DNA from: Camelus ferus
Taxonomy: Eukaryota
DNA length: 64,000 bases
Direction: 5' to 3'
Assembly (NCBI RefSeq): GCF_009834535.1
Contig: NC_045698.1
Span: 12,092,001-12,156,000 of the forward strand
The number at the start of each line of letters is the position of its first letter. Position 1 is the first letter of the stretch. The notes under the pieces were generated by a model that was given only the letters and a program-made list of their open reading frames with translations, was not told the origin of the DNA and did no database searches. A program made the position numbers and the translations under genes. Shown here piece after piece: positions 49,229 to 62,042 of this stretch.

Positions 49229-49745
49229 TGTGGGAGATTACAAAAATGGCCACCATTCTCCAACCTCTTGTTGAGTGACTTTGCAGCTACTTCCATCAAG
49301 CTATGGAGTCTGTTTCTCCATCTCTTGGCTCTGGTCTGGCACTGGGCCTTGCTTTAGCCAGTACGATGTGGCAGAATTAACAATGTGCAGTTTTGAACTT
49401 AAGCCTCAAGAGGGCTTTACCTGTCCCCACTAGCTTTCTTGAGACCTTGCCAAATCTGTGAATTAGCCAACGCTAGCTAAACGTGGGATAAGAGACCCCG
49501 TGGGGCAGAGCTCAACCATCCCATCTGAGGCCCCAGCCACAGGAGAAAGCCAAGGCTAGATCAGTGAAGACGACTGGCTGCAGCTGCCCTGTAGAGTCAT
49601 GAGTGAGACTTGCAAGGGGACTGCCCAGCTGAGTCCAGCTGATCCCAGCTCAAACTGCTCCCCCTAGAGAATCATAATTAAAGGATCGTTGCTTTAGCTA
49701 CTGGATTTTGGAGTGACTTGTTATATAGCAAAGCTGCTACAGCTA
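49229..49745. mobile_element. MLT1 (MaLR) LTR
   Basis: 'tgtgggagattacaaaaatggccacc..tggagtctgtttctcca..gctttagccagtacgatgtggcaga..cccagctgagtccagc..ttttggagtgacttgttatatagcaa'. Confidence 0.7.
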
Positions 49746-50807
49746 AAGAAATTGCTTTCTAAATTCAGATATCCTCGACACAAACTAGGTTTTCCAGCAC
49801 CTGCATCATGGCTACCGGGAGGACTCAGACGATCATAGTGCACCTGGTACCAAACCTGAACCATAATATGTGCTGAGCAAATGGCAGCTGATGCCACTGG
49901 TCCCATCAGAGAGATGGTCAAGGAAAAACAGTGAAAGGAGAGTCTAAGAAGCAATTACTTAGAAATCCACACTCTGCTCCCTTTTGCTTCATGGATTTTG
50001 TTTGTTTGTTCCACCAGCATGTGCCTACACTACATATCACAAATCTGCATTTTTTGGGCTCATTATTCACCTTTGAAAACTCTTCTTGCATTCTTGTTTT
50101 CTGGACCCTTGAACACATGCAATGGTCTGTATACTCTCGCTATAGGTACAGTCAACTTCCTGTTTCACATATTTCTGTATTTTATTTCCAACTAGGCTCT
50201 AAATAAAGACAGTTCTTAGGTTTCCTTTGTAAACTGCACAGAGATAGTGCTTTTGCTTTTTTATCCAAACAGCAAGAATTTAATAAACACTTTGTACATT
50301 AAAGTCAATTAAATTTTGTTATGGTTGGTGTTATCTTATCTCTAATCAAGAGACTTACTCAATTTTCTCAATATCAAGTCACTAAGTAAACTCATGGAGA
50401 ACAATGCCCCCAAGAGATCAGAGTTATAGGAATAATTCATTTCCTCTCCTGGTGTGTCAGTGTGACAGGAGGGAGTGGTGACAACTCCAATCTGGCAACT
50501 GGTTCCCACCAAGCAAATGTCTGGGTGCCTCAGCAGCCGCAGACCCTGTTTATGTCTCAAACTGCTAATCAGCTCTGATCCTGCTATTACTTGAAGGAGA
50601 AAATAAAAGTTCCTGGGAAAACTAAAGATAGGAACCAATTATATACTTTGAGAACATCTTTAATTATCCCACATCATTTTTCCTTCACTCAAAATGCTTC
50701 AGGCTTTCTAAGCGCTTTTTTTTTTTTTTTGAACTTCCTTTAGAGGTTTTTCCTCTGAATAAGATGGTATCAATTTTTACTGACAAATTATGCACTGATG
50801 TATCCCT

Positions 50808-51009
50808 CCCGCTATGCAGGACCCGGCTCCTACCAGCTTTAGGGAGCCAACCACGCATCTTGTTTCAACTCTGTGTTCAGCAATGTCATCTTGGAGCTTG
50901 AAATCAGCCACGGTGGGAATACTGCCATCACGAAAACCAGCAAACAATACCAAGGGGGACCATTTCTCCTGGGAGAGTCCATTGATGAATGTCTGCCAGC
51001 CTAACACTG
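50808..51009. mobile_element. MER63-like (hAT-Blackjack) element
   Basis: 'ccggctcctaccagc..gagcc..caactctgtgttcag..agcttgaaatcagccacggtgggaata..gagagtcc..ccagcctaacactg'. Confidence 0.7.
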
Positions 51010-51873
51010 CTGCCAGCGAGTGCTCCACTCCGGTGTCTGGGAATTACAGCTCTCGTCATCCTGAGTTCAGACACAGGGTTTCACCAGGAAATGCCAGGGT
51101 CACCTTCCCACTGCTGGGTAGGAGACTGATAAAAGGGGGACGAGTAGAAGAGGGATATATTTGGATTTGTGTTTGACAAGAAAATCCCTCTGGGGTCTGG
51201 TCTGTGGAGAAAAGCATATCTGGGTGGGGAGCAGGTGGGGGGCATCAACGTGAAAGCATGGCGACCAATGAAGATGCTATCTGGGGCTAGCGCCAGGGAG
51301 CCAAAGCATGGCTTCCGACGACTTTTGCCCTGACACGTGCTCCACACCATCTGCACCTCCACACCTGTGCTTGTGCCCCACCCCAGTCCTAGTCACATCG
51401 ACCTACCTGCTTTGGGCACCTGGAACACTTCTTCCTTGAAACTCACCTGACCCTTGCCGTGTCACCTTGTTTGGCCATTTAGTATCTTCAAGTGCATTTG
51501 TCTGATCCCCATAACAACTTCTTGAGGGGCCTGGGATGGGACTGGTTCACTATGTCTGGCTAAGCAATGTTCCCGGCAGGCACTATTCTGGATTTCTTGG
51601 AACATGGGGAGAAAGAAGTTTCTGTTCTGGAGAAGCTCTAGTCACAATCTGGGGACTGATCAAGAAGAAATGAGAAGTGATGCTAAGCCAATCTGTGTTG
51701 ATGAGAAATGCAGGGAGGGAGGTCAGGGAAATCATTTGAAATAGTGGACAAGAAGCATGAAGCAACCATCTCAAAACTGGGAACTATATTCCTTACCTAA
51801 CACATGGAATCAAAATTCTAACTATTGCCAATAATTGGTTACAAAGGAGATAAACTTCTATTACTACCTAAAA

Positions 51874-52091
51874 CAAGGGTTCACAAACCCTTTCTATAAA
51901 GGACCAGAGAGTAAATATCTTCAGCTTTGCAGGAGGTCCTGTCACAACTGGTCAACTCTACTGTCGTAGGGCAGTCACACCGACAGACACCACACAGATC
52001 AATGGGGAGAGACCTGTTCCAGTAAAACTTAATTCACATAAGCAGGTGGCAGGTTAGCTTTGGCCTCTCGGCTAAAGTTTCCTGACCCCTT
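51874..52091. mobile_element. MER58A-like hAT-Charlie MITE
   Basis: TIRs caagggttcacaaac / gtttcctgacccctt; perfect 8-bp TSD acctaaaa at 51866-51873 and 52092-52099. Confidence 0.85.
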
Positions 52092-53504
52092 ACCTAAAAG
52101 ATCAAAATTGTATACTTTGAAAATGGCAAAGCCAAACGTAGAATCCAAGTCCAATACTTTCCAGCATATCAGGGTGCTTTTCTTGGTTGCATGAAAGACA
52201 TAAACATGCTGATTCAATTTAGTTTTACATCTACCTGTTTTGTTCCCCATTAGATAATAAGCTTTCGGTGGGTGAGGATTTTCATGCTCTTTAAAGCACG
52301 TATTTTTATACCCAGTAGACAAACTTTCCCAGGCTATATCAAAGATCCCAACAGATGAGAGAGATAATACAGAATTTTACTACAGCATACATGTGACCTC
52401 AACTTACAGTGCTGAGTAAAAAGTCTTATAAATAAAAAAATGTTTGCTTTCTTAGATTTCTAAAGTCTTTTTAGAGAGAAAGTAAATGAACTTTTTAAAG
52501 CTGTCTGGGACACTAAAAAAGAATAAGGAATCTCTATAGGTACTATGTGGAATCAGACCTAAAATATTCTGGGAATAAAGCAAAAGCACAGAAGAATTTA
52601 TCTTTTTATGTGTTTTTAAAAAATACATAAAAGGGGAAGGGGATGGAGATATATATGTGAGTATATATTTGAAATACTTTTGAAAGGATATTCAAGAAAA
52701 TGGTAAAAAAAAAAATAGTTGTTTGTGGGGTAAATGGAGGGATCATGGCTGGGAGAAAAAGGAACTTTACTCCTACCGTTTGAATGAAAAAACCCCACCT
52801 ATTCTCTTCCAAGAGAATTAAAAATTAAAGCAAGCAAAAAGTCAACTAGGTGTGCACATAAGTCTGCAGTCATGTCACGCTTCCTATCGATGCCTTTCTC
52901 TGTACCAAGCACAGACATTCAGAATTATTCCACTGGCCACATTCAAAACTATTAATATCACAAATGACTGCATGTCAATCTGGTGAAATCAGAATAAACC
53001 CTGTGGATGGTGGAAACTCTGACAAGGCCACTCCCGGACACAAGCCGAGGTGGGAGTGAGTGGTAAGAGGAACTTACCAGGTTGGGGAACTGGTGCTGCT
53101 CACTGAGACCCACGGCCCCAGCTAGTTCTTTGGGTCAGTCAGTTACTCAACAAGCTACCATGTATTCCGCTCATGGAGATACGGGCTACAAGCGGGTGGA
53201 GAACCCTGACTCCGTGATCTTGGGTCTCAGCAATAGGAGATGATCTGACATCTGCACTTCAAGTCCTTAGATCTCTGTGATTTCATTGATCTTGTCTTTC
53301 ACCTTCTCAGCTTCCTTAGAGCCACGTTCTGTGTTTCAAAAAGCAGCTGAGATGTCTACAGGTTTGTTTTTAGACCTGGTGATCAAGTGCATGAAACACA
53401 CAGCCTCAACTCTTTGAAGCCAAAAGCATTAAACCCAAAACACAACAAAAACACCACCAAGAAGCCCATTTGGTATCTAGAGCCAGCCCAATAAAGAAAA
53501 TATA

Positions 53505-54888
53505 CTGCACATTAGCTAATATCTTTTATTGTCAGACTTTGAGCCAACAAACAATGACTCCACATGGCTGTCTGCAGGGGTAAGGCAAATTTCTTTTTGC
53601 TTTGTGGGTAGACTTAGTTGGCCTAAGTCTTTACAACTTTTCTGTATAAAAATAGAAGTCCAAGACCAGATTATTTCTCCTCTGGTCATAAATGCTGATT
53701 TATTTACAGGGGCCTCATTCAGACCACCATTATAAACTTGGGGTAAAATACGTGTGTATTTTATTAAAGCCTCAATATTGAATATCTGGGTTCTTTAAAG
53801 ATTCGCTCACGTGTTCCACTTTCAGAGAAGGCAGCATCTTTCTTCCGAATTCAAACGTGGTCATGTCACAATCTACCCAGAGTGATATGAACTAACCTTC
53901 AAGGAAACATTTTTTAACTTATATCTCTTAGAAACTAGAGACTCCAAAATGACTTCATACAGTTCTAAAAACAGCCCTGGGGCCCGCTGTTTGAGTGGTT
54001 TATAAATAGTTACTTGAAGGCTGTGTATCTGTTTATAATACAGCAGACACAGACTGCAGATGTTGCTACCTGTAAAACAAAACTTGACTCAAAATGGGGC
54101 TTTCGAAATACAGCGAAGACAGGAAAATCCAGGATTCTGGTTTTTTAATAAAACCACTTTGGAAAGTAACGGCTGACGACTCTTACGCTGAACCATTCAA
54201 ATGTACAGACGTTACATCATTGCACATCCTCTTTCCCTTTGCTTTCAATGCTCGTGGAACAGTGATTAAAGTGATGAGTTTATGAACACATGCATGCACA
54301 GGCAGGCACATACACTTAAAAGATGAGACAAAGAGAAAAAGTTACTGCATGTCCCCGCGAGGAAGGCTGCCCGCAGCACTCCAACTAAAATAGACTGTCC
54401 CCTCGCTCTCCCTCCGCCCCCCACCCCCCACTCCCTCACCTTCCCACGAAGGGGAAATCAGGCTGGGAGGTTAGTGCAGAAGTGATGGATAAATGCTGCC
54501 CCCCCACCCCCAAGCTTAGTCAGTCTCCCCCAGAAGGGGGGTTAGCATCTCCCTTCAGTAGCACAGTTAAGGTGGATTAGCATTTGTTCCACAAGTTAAG
54601 GCACTTCTGGCTGCTTTGGTGGCAGCGTGGGTTTCATTTCCTCTCTTTTTAAGGCCTGGGTCATCTAAGAGAAGTAAAGCTTTGGAAATCGGGTTAAGGT
54701 TGACAGCTTAATGCACGATCACTGGCGGGGACAGGGCGAAAGGTCCCCCGAGACACCTCCCTCCAACGAGGGGCTTCCAGGAAGCCTGGGCAGCCCCGCT
54801 TCGGGCTCCAGGCGCCAGCGCCGGCTGAGCACTCGTGACCAGGGGCGGCGCGGGAAGATACCGAGTTCCCGTGGGCTCGCGGCCGCCT
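53505..54888 (-). other. MYO10: MYO10 3'UTR (to the proximal poly-A site; may extend further)
   Basis: Repeat-free sequence between the stop codon and the candidate PAS; end inferred. Confidence 0.65.
53525..53530 (-). terminator. Candidate MYO10 polyadenylation signal (proximal)
   Basis: AATAAA on the minus strand 1.36 kb after the stop, followed by a U-rich tract and a GU-rich element (ggtggtgtttttgttgtgttttggg, ~53434-53458). Confidence 0.65.
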
Positions 54889-54990
54889 TCACCTGGAGCT
54901 GCCCTGGCTGCTCACGGAGCGCGACGCGCTGTAGCGCTTCTTCACGATCATGCTGATGTAGGCTTTCATGAGCTTGGCCACGTCCACTAC
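54889..54990 (-). CDS. MYO10: Myosin X, last coding exon
   Basis: cag|VVDVAKLMKAYISMIVKKRYSASRSVSSQGSSR-TGA; 102 nt, phase 0. Confidence 0.97.
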   Translation of the reverse strand, partial: VVDVAKLMKAYISMIVKKRYSASRSVSSQGSSR

Positions 54991-56485
54991 CTGCCCGGGA
55001 AGCAGAGTCGGCACATGGTCAGGAGTCTCTGCAGGTTCAGGGAGCCTGTCAACCAGACGGCCTCAGCCCGACCTCGGCAGACCAACCCGTCCTCCCAGCA
55101 AAAGCCAGCAGGTAGCCCGCCGTGCGAATCCATGGGGCAGGCTGCGTGCGCACGAAGCCAAAAGGTCAGCTGCTTTCCCCTATTTCTAGGCAGGGAGAAA
55201 GGGAATCCTGGCTTTGCCAAATAGGACGTTGCCACCTGGTGGTTGCCTCATGGAAAACTGATTTTTTGCATGTAAAATAAAGCTCCCACCCGATGACGCT
55301 TAAGTGTGTTGGTATGATTAGGGCCGGGATTACTGTTCCAGCTCAAAGAGTCAGCAACAGAGCCCACAAGCACAGCTTTTAAAGACTGTATCATATCGTG
55401 CTGGTCAGCTCCTCATGATGCAGCCGGAGAAACAGAACTAAGGTGCGAACCCCAGCCCGCACCCTTCTCCCCGCCCCCCCGCACATGCGCAGTTCTGCTC
55501 CCTGCCAGCTACGTGCTCGCAAAGAGCTATTTCACGATGCGGTCACTGTACACTGTCGCCTCTCCTGGCCCGTCCCTCCCGATGGCTGGCCTGGATCTCT
55601 GTGAAGACATCCTACCTGGCTGCCATCTCCCTGTTCTCTCTTTCCTTCCAATCTCACCCCACATTATGTTTGTAAAAGCACTGCTGTCACATATCATGTC
55701 ACTATCAAAGATCCCAGGGCAGTTCCCTATTGTCCACTAGAGTTGACCAAACCCAGCAGCCTGGCGCCTGGGACCCTCCAGTCAAAGGCCCCCACCTCTT
55801 TCCACCTCACTGCACATCTGCCGCCAGCCTTGTCTACCCGCACCTGTCCCTGCCTGCATCCTTGGTCTGATCACGGCCTCCTACCACCTCCTCGCCCTCA
55901 CTTGACGCCATCAGCCCAACGAGCAGCGTGTGATTCATGCTCATTTCCCACCTCTGCCTGAGAGCAGCTCCCTGGGTGGAGACCTCAACAGGCTTCGTGT
56001 GTTATTACCATTATTACATTTTGAGCTTTGAAGTGGATGGCATACACACATAGAGGTGTTCTGTGACTTACTGTGAGCTAGAACTAGCTATGCCCAGGAT
56101 GGTCTGCCCTCTCTCCCTCCTGCTCTGTGGACACCATCAGATCCTAGTCTCAAGGCTGTGATCCACTTGTCTAGTTTGGATTTTTTGCCAAACTATTTAA
56201 TTTTTTTTGGATCTCTGTATCATTTCCCTTTTTCTTTTTTTCCTCCAAAGGTAAGACCCCCCTGATACAAGGGAACCAAATTTCTCTGTTGCAAAGGTAT
56301 ACAGAAGAATTTTGGGGTTATCAAGTTTGGGCCTGCGGGAGACCTGCAGCTGAGAAGGGACCTGCAGGCTGTATTTTCATGTCTTAAAGCGAAATACCCA
56401 AATAAAATCACTTGGTCAAAGGCTCCAGGACACGAGGTGCCGTTGTTCTGTTTCGCCCAGGTCACAGACAAGAGTTGCCTCTTAC

Positions 56486-56677
56486 CTCACTGGTTTCAAA
56501 GAGCAGCTCCCTCTCATCGACAACGATCTTGTACGTGTTGGCCAGGGGGGCCCCAAAGGAGAGGATGTGCTCGTACTGGAAGACTTCTAAGGGTCTTCCC
56601 TCCCCGCGCTTGTAGACAGAGACAGCGTCGGCGCTGACGCCCAACCAGAGCTCCTGGGGAAAGCCGCCCTCCTTGCA
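56486..56677 (-). CDS. MYO10: Myosin X exon (FERM F3 lobe)
   Basis: cag|CKEGGFPQELWLGVSADAVSVYKRG...RELLFETSE|gtaag; 192 nt. Confidence 0.97.
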
Positions 56678-57478
56678 CTGAGGGGCAAGAGTGAGTGTAA
56701 GAGTTAGACCAGAAACAGAACACGGGGGCCACAAGACAGGCTTTAAATCAAGCCCTCTGCACAGCGTACTGAAGGCATTCAACGTGTATTTACACCAGGG
56801 GAACTGAAATAGGAGAAACAGTATCTCTTCGGCTATCTTGGTTGATTTCTGACTGGCTGATCAGGCCTGTGCATATGGGGGGATCTCGGTGGTCAATTCC
56901 AGCATCTTGCTGGGACTCTCCACATCATCACCCTCCTGGCCGTCTGAATTAGCTACACAGGGGTGGCCACAGCCAAGGAACTCAACAATGATCCCCCAGC
57001 CAGGTCTACTCTTCTGTCTCTAGTTCTGCCTCCAATCCTGTCCTGAGTGATTATTCTTCAAATACAAAATCCAGGATCACAGAGGAAAATTCTCCACATC
57101 TGTGCTGAGTAGCCAGCAATGAGCTTTTGTGTAGATGGTGGTTGATCTCACTGGCTTAACAACGGACTTTCTTGCACAGATCAGTGGAGGAAAATAGGAG
57201 CCTGGATGTGCAGGATGACAACACAGGGCGATGGGAACCAGGAAGGATCTACATTGGTGACTCTGAGATGACGAGGTTCTGGTACCAAGCATCTGATTTA
57301 TACTTAAAAACCAATGTAACAGAATTAACCAACCCAAAGATAGCACCCAATGAAAAGTCATGAAAGGATCTTAGAATATACAATAAATATTTAGATTTTT
57401 TACAAAGCCTCATTTAAAAGTTGTCAGGTAACATGCTGAATGACTATGGTCATTAGAAAAACACATGCTCATCTAAAC

Positions 57479-57707
57479 CAGGGGTTGACAAACTTATCTG
57501 TTAAGGGACAGGCAGTAAATATTTTAGGCTTTGTGCTTTCTGGCACAGCTACTCAACTCTGCTGTTTGAGTGCGAAAGCAGCAGAGAAAAATGCATAAAA
57601 GAATGAGCATTGCTGTGTTCCAGTAAAACTTAATTTTCAAAAAAAAAAAAAAAAAAAAAAAAAGGCAAGCAGGATTTGGCCCTCGTGCTGCAGTCTGCCA
57701 AGCCTTG
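57479..57707. mobile_element. MER58A-like hAT-Charlie MITE in a MYO10 intron
   Basis: TIRs caggggttgacaaac / gtctgccaagccttg; TSD atctaaac / atctagag; internal A-run expanded to ~25. Confidence 0.85.
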
Positions 57708-58238
57708 ATCTAGAGTATTAATAAGATTTTCTCTCAGTAAATAGCCTACTTAAAATATGCATGTATGTATATATACACACATGAAATCAGTACTGGGTTG
57801 ATGCTAATTTTGCCAAATTCCAATTGTGTAACAGAAATTCTTCCCTGCAAACAGTCACGGGAAAAAATAAAAAAGTAAAATCCAAATATACCCCAAATTT
57901 GACTTTACGTACATTGTTCTAAAAACTGGTTAATGCAGATTTTCACCAGCACTTTTTTTATTGGGTCTACAGCTGGTATAAGGAAGAATTAGAAGTTACT
58001 TAAGAATAGATGACATCTTAATTTTCCACTCACTTCTAATGTTACAAAAGCATTTACTATAAAGGAGGAAAAAAACTTGGGGTGGGTGGCTGGGAGGTTA
58101 AGGATAAAATTGGGGGGGTGTCTAACAAAAGAGGGTGAGAGCGCAGTGTTCCACCCGGCCCTCCCTTCCTCGACTTGACCATGGTCACACTGACTCAGGT
58201 ACCCCCTCGTGTCGGAAAATGCAGCAGCCTGCCCTCAC

Positions 58239-58691
58239 CTCCACATCAAAGAGCGTGGATCCGTATCCAGGCCACTCCTTGATCAAGGCCATGTACTTGG
58301 CCATGGCCTGTTCTTGGCTCATTCCCTGGAATTTCTTCCACTTGTCAATGATGCTGGCTCGAGCGGAGGAGACCTCTTCCTTGACCCACATGTCCAGCAT
58401 CTGCTCCTCCTCCACCTTCTGCCGCACAACGGGCCCCGTCCGGAAGCTCCGCCTCAGCGTCCCCTCCAGGAAGCTGGTGCGCCTCCTCTCCAGCCGCTCG
58501 CACGGCGTGAAGGTCTTGGTGGACTGGCTGATGCGGGCCTTGAGCCTCTGCAGCGAGTATACCTCCTCGAGAGGCGGGACCGCGGCGTGCGGTGTGTGGT
58601 CCCCCTGCAGGTACTGGAGCCTCAGGGCAGCGAGGACTTGCAGGTTCTCCTCTGGGGCCGGGTAGTGGCCATGGATGACGGCTTCGTGGGC
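58239..58691 (-). CDS. MYO10: Myosin X exon (FERM F2 lobe with insert)
   Basis: cag|AHEAVIHGHYPAPEENLQVLAALRLQY...EWPGYGSTLFDVE|gtgag; 453 nt. Confidence 0.98.
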
Positions 58692-59103
58692 CTGCAAGGA
58701 GGCGGGCAGCGGCTTTATGGGCCGGACACTGCGTCTCTAACAGGATGCCTGCCTGGCTTGCTCCCTTATTCCATTAGGATCGCTATCAAAGGCCACCTTC
58801 CCGAGAAACCGTACCCCAAACCCCCTTTGCTGCTTTAAATTTCTCCCTGGCTCGGATACCATCTAACACATATATTTTATTTTAATTGTCCCCCCTCCAC
58901 CTTCAACCAGAAGTTCCTGGTACAAAAGTTCAAATAGTATGTGTCAAAGTTTCATTCTACAAATGAATAAAAGAGCAGCCGACCCTGTCCATGCCAGGAA
59001 ATCTACTCCCATACGTGATTTGGAAGGACTAGCAGTTAACGTACGAAGGGTATTAACAGGTTTCAGCCCTGCTGTCCTGCAGAGGAACCAGAGTCCCAGT
59101 TAC

Positions 59104-59224
59104 CTGTTCAAACATAAAGGCAAATTCCACGCTGTCTTTTGGCACGTTGTCTGTGTCCAGGAAGCAGTAAAGTTTGAAGTAGAACTTCCAGGGCTGGTCA
59201 CCCACCTCTGATGTGGCAGCCAGC
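59104..59224 (-). CDS. MYO10: Myosin X exon (FERM)
   Basis: tag|(K)LAATSEVGDQPWKFYFKLYCFLDTDNVPKDSVEFAFMFEQ|gtaac; 121 nt, phase 2 to 0. Confidence 0.97.
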
Positions 59225-60061
59225 CTAGACAGAAGTCGAGAGGGAGACTCAGAAAGCCAAACGAGACATGGGCCACGGGTGACCCACAGGGAGTTCACTT
59301 TATATGGTGTGTTCTCTCTAAGGCTTCATTCTGTCTGTGCTCAGATAGCAGAGCGCGTGGAGGTGGGAGGGAGGGAGAGGACACGCAGGAAGAGTGAGGC
59401 TTCTCAGAGTTCCCTGCTAAGCTGTTTACCCAGAGGTGAAAAGCATCCTTTCATCCTGGTTTTATCTGACAACAAACAGGCAGCCTTCAGTTGAACTGCA
59501 CCAACAAGTCTTTTCTGCATGTCCCAGTCTAGTTAGCCCTAGCCAAGCGTGATGCTGGATCCATATAAAGAAAAACAACACCTATTTCTTCATTCCTTTT
59601 ACCAACTCTCCAACTACAATATTTATAAAAGCTAACACGAATATTAGGGAGGCTGTGTTTATACTGAGTAGGAATATACTTTGTGCTACTAGGGGGACAT
59701 GAGAGCCATAAATAAAATATTATGGCTCCAAGAGATACAAAGTGTGGTTGGAAGAGTTTATTAACTGGCTTCTGTCCACTCCGGCTAATGACAAGTGAAA
59801 ACCTAGAATCAGAAAGTTCCAAGACAGTGGGTACAACAGGGGACCAATAGAAAGAATGGGGTAGACGAACAATGATGGCGAACCCTATTTGAGACAGGGG
59901 CTCCATCTAGGAATCAAGGAAAACAGGCAACAAGGGGAGGTGAAAAATTAAATATGCTTCAACATGGGCAAAATAAGGCCCACTCAAATGTGCACCAAAG
60001 GCAAAAACGGCACAGAAGTTCAAACCTTCTTGAATCTGCTGGCACTTGGAAGGGAGCTTAC

Positions 60062-60198
60062 TTCTCAAACTTTGCCAACACATCGGCCACGATGGTCCGG
60101 CTCTCGATGGCTTTGTCGACGTGCCCGTTGTACTCAAAGAGTGCGAACATGTTTCTGCTGTCCTCCATGGCCAGGCCCCGGATCAGCTTCTCCACCAC
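60062..60198 (-). CDS. MYO10: Myosin X exon (FERM F1 lobe)
   Basis: cag|VVEKLIRGLAMEDSRNMFALFEYNGHVDKAIESRTIVADVLAKFE(K)|gtaag; 137 nt, phase 0 to 2. Confidence 0.97.
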
Positions 60199-60901
60199 CT
60201 GGAAAACACAAGGTCTTCAGCTTCCGAAGCTGTGGTTCTAGAACGTGCCTTCATCAGAACCCGGAGGGAGCTGCCAGCCAAAGTGAGGGTCCAGGCAGCC
60301 TCCTAAGGCTGTCGGGGTGAAATTTCAAAGGTGCTGTTTTCCCTTGTTCTCCTGGCATCAGTTCTCTCTCTTCCTTGCCACAAAGAACTGGCCCAGCATT
60401 TGCCACTGGTAGGGACAGAGGCTGGGCCCGTTTCTTGCAAACCCATACTAGGAGGGTTTATGTGGAAACTGAAGCCCTTTTGTCCAACAACTTCATGAAC
60501 TCATAGTGACTTTCACCAACATTTCTTCTACACGAGCTTTTCTGGGTTTTACTGAACTATTCCTTTTAGCCAATTGGTTTTATAATACTGTTTAAATGTT
60601 AAAAGAAAAAAGATAACGTGTCCACCCGACCCAACATTCTAGGTCTTTGCGTGGCACACAGAAACACTCCACCGCAGAAGTGTTGCGATAAACCCTCGTC
60701 ATAGAGGGTGTACCTGAGTCAGGGTCCACAATCTCTACTAGATATTCAGTTGCTTCTCAGATTAGCAGGTTTAGGTCCGTTTCCTCTTTTAACTGAGCAG
60801 CTGCCCTATACAAATCACAACCGGGCACAGGAGCCAACCTAACTGCACACAATTGTCCTAAGCACATGGGCAGTCAGGCATCAAGCAGCGCCCTCCCTCA
60901 C

Positions 60902-61109
60902 CTCCCCGGCTGTGGTGTGGGAGCTGATGGTGATCTTGCAGGAGCCTCCGCCGTGGCAATACACCGTGGACGTCATCTCCTGCCTGTGGATCAGAGCTTC
61001 TATTTCATCCCGGGAAGGCACGAACTCTCGGCATTTGGTTTTCTTAAGAGATTCGTAAATGAAGAGGGCGTATTTTTCCATCTCGGTTCCTGGAAACTGT
61101 TCCCGGATC
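60902..61109 (-). CDS. MYO10: Myosin X exon (MyTH4 end / FERM start)
   Basis: tag|(R)IREQFPGTEMEKYALFIYESLKKTKCREFVPSRDEIEALI...SHTTAGE|gtgag; 208 nt, phase 2 to 0. Confidence 0.97.
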
Positions 61110-61744
61110 CTAGGAGACAGACACTAACTGTCAGTTGCCGGATTGAGGATGGCTGGCAGTGGGGAGCCAGGCAGCTTCAACGTGCTGCAGGCCAGCGCAG
61201 CCAACGGGTCCCTGTGATGAACAGAGCAAGCGCCAGCCACTGCCTGAGCTTATCCCAGGAAGGTTTAGTCTAAAGACAGAAAACAAAAGAAAGAAAGAAA
61301 GAAAACCACCTCAAAGACCAAAGAGCCCACGTACGACTGGAGCAACTGCTGACAGCTGGCCTCCGCTGCGCTCTTGTGCTTAAAGAGCCCTCTGCCTCGT
61401 ACCACTGGGTGAAAACTGCTTTTCCAACATTAATTAGACTGAATCAGACTGTTTCCACCTGTTTGATTTGGAACAAATATCCAAGCTTTTTTCCCCTCCT
61501 TGTTTATATAGGGTAGTGGTAATTAAATTCATCCCATGTCCTACACATCAGGACATTACACCAAGAGTGACCGGGTCTCTGGACAGCCTTGCATGGCTTA
61601 GAGAGAAAAAGGATGGCTGCAAGCTTGCTCAGGGGACCCAGGAGCCTGACCCACACCAGGGATCTTCTGTTCCAGATCTGTGTCATCTGAACAGTGATCC
61701 ACTGCACTGCCCGTGAGAACAGCACTGCCCCGGCCCCCTGGTAC

Positions 61745-62042
61745 CTTTTGAGGTGGAACTTCAGGTACTTGAGGACCCCCCGGCTCGGCAGGAAGGTGCA
61801 GCTCAGGCACGTGAGGATCTGCCAGCTGTACAGGTTGCCCACACTGCCCGGGTGCGGCACCTGCGTGGTCTGCTTGATGAGCTGGCAGTACAGCTCGTCT
61901 CGCAGCGGCCGGAGGTCATGGCCCGTCTGGAGGATGCCCTGGATTATGGGGATGGGGTCAGACACGGATTCCAGCTGCTGAAGGGAATTGAATATCTTGA
62001 TGGCCTCGTCCTGCAGTGTGGTGTAGCCTTTGTCTTTGAGCA
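61745..62042 (-). CDS. MYO10: Myosin X exon (MyTH4)
   Basis: cag|(L)LKDKGYTTLQDEAIKIFNSLQ...LRDELYCQLIKQT...LKYLKFHLK(R)|gtacc; 298 nt, phase 1 to 2. Confidence 0.98.

Noticed and set aside
58135..58838. Long plus-strand ORFs (176 and 209 aa)
   Set aside because: Antisense shadows of the 453-nt MYO10 exon
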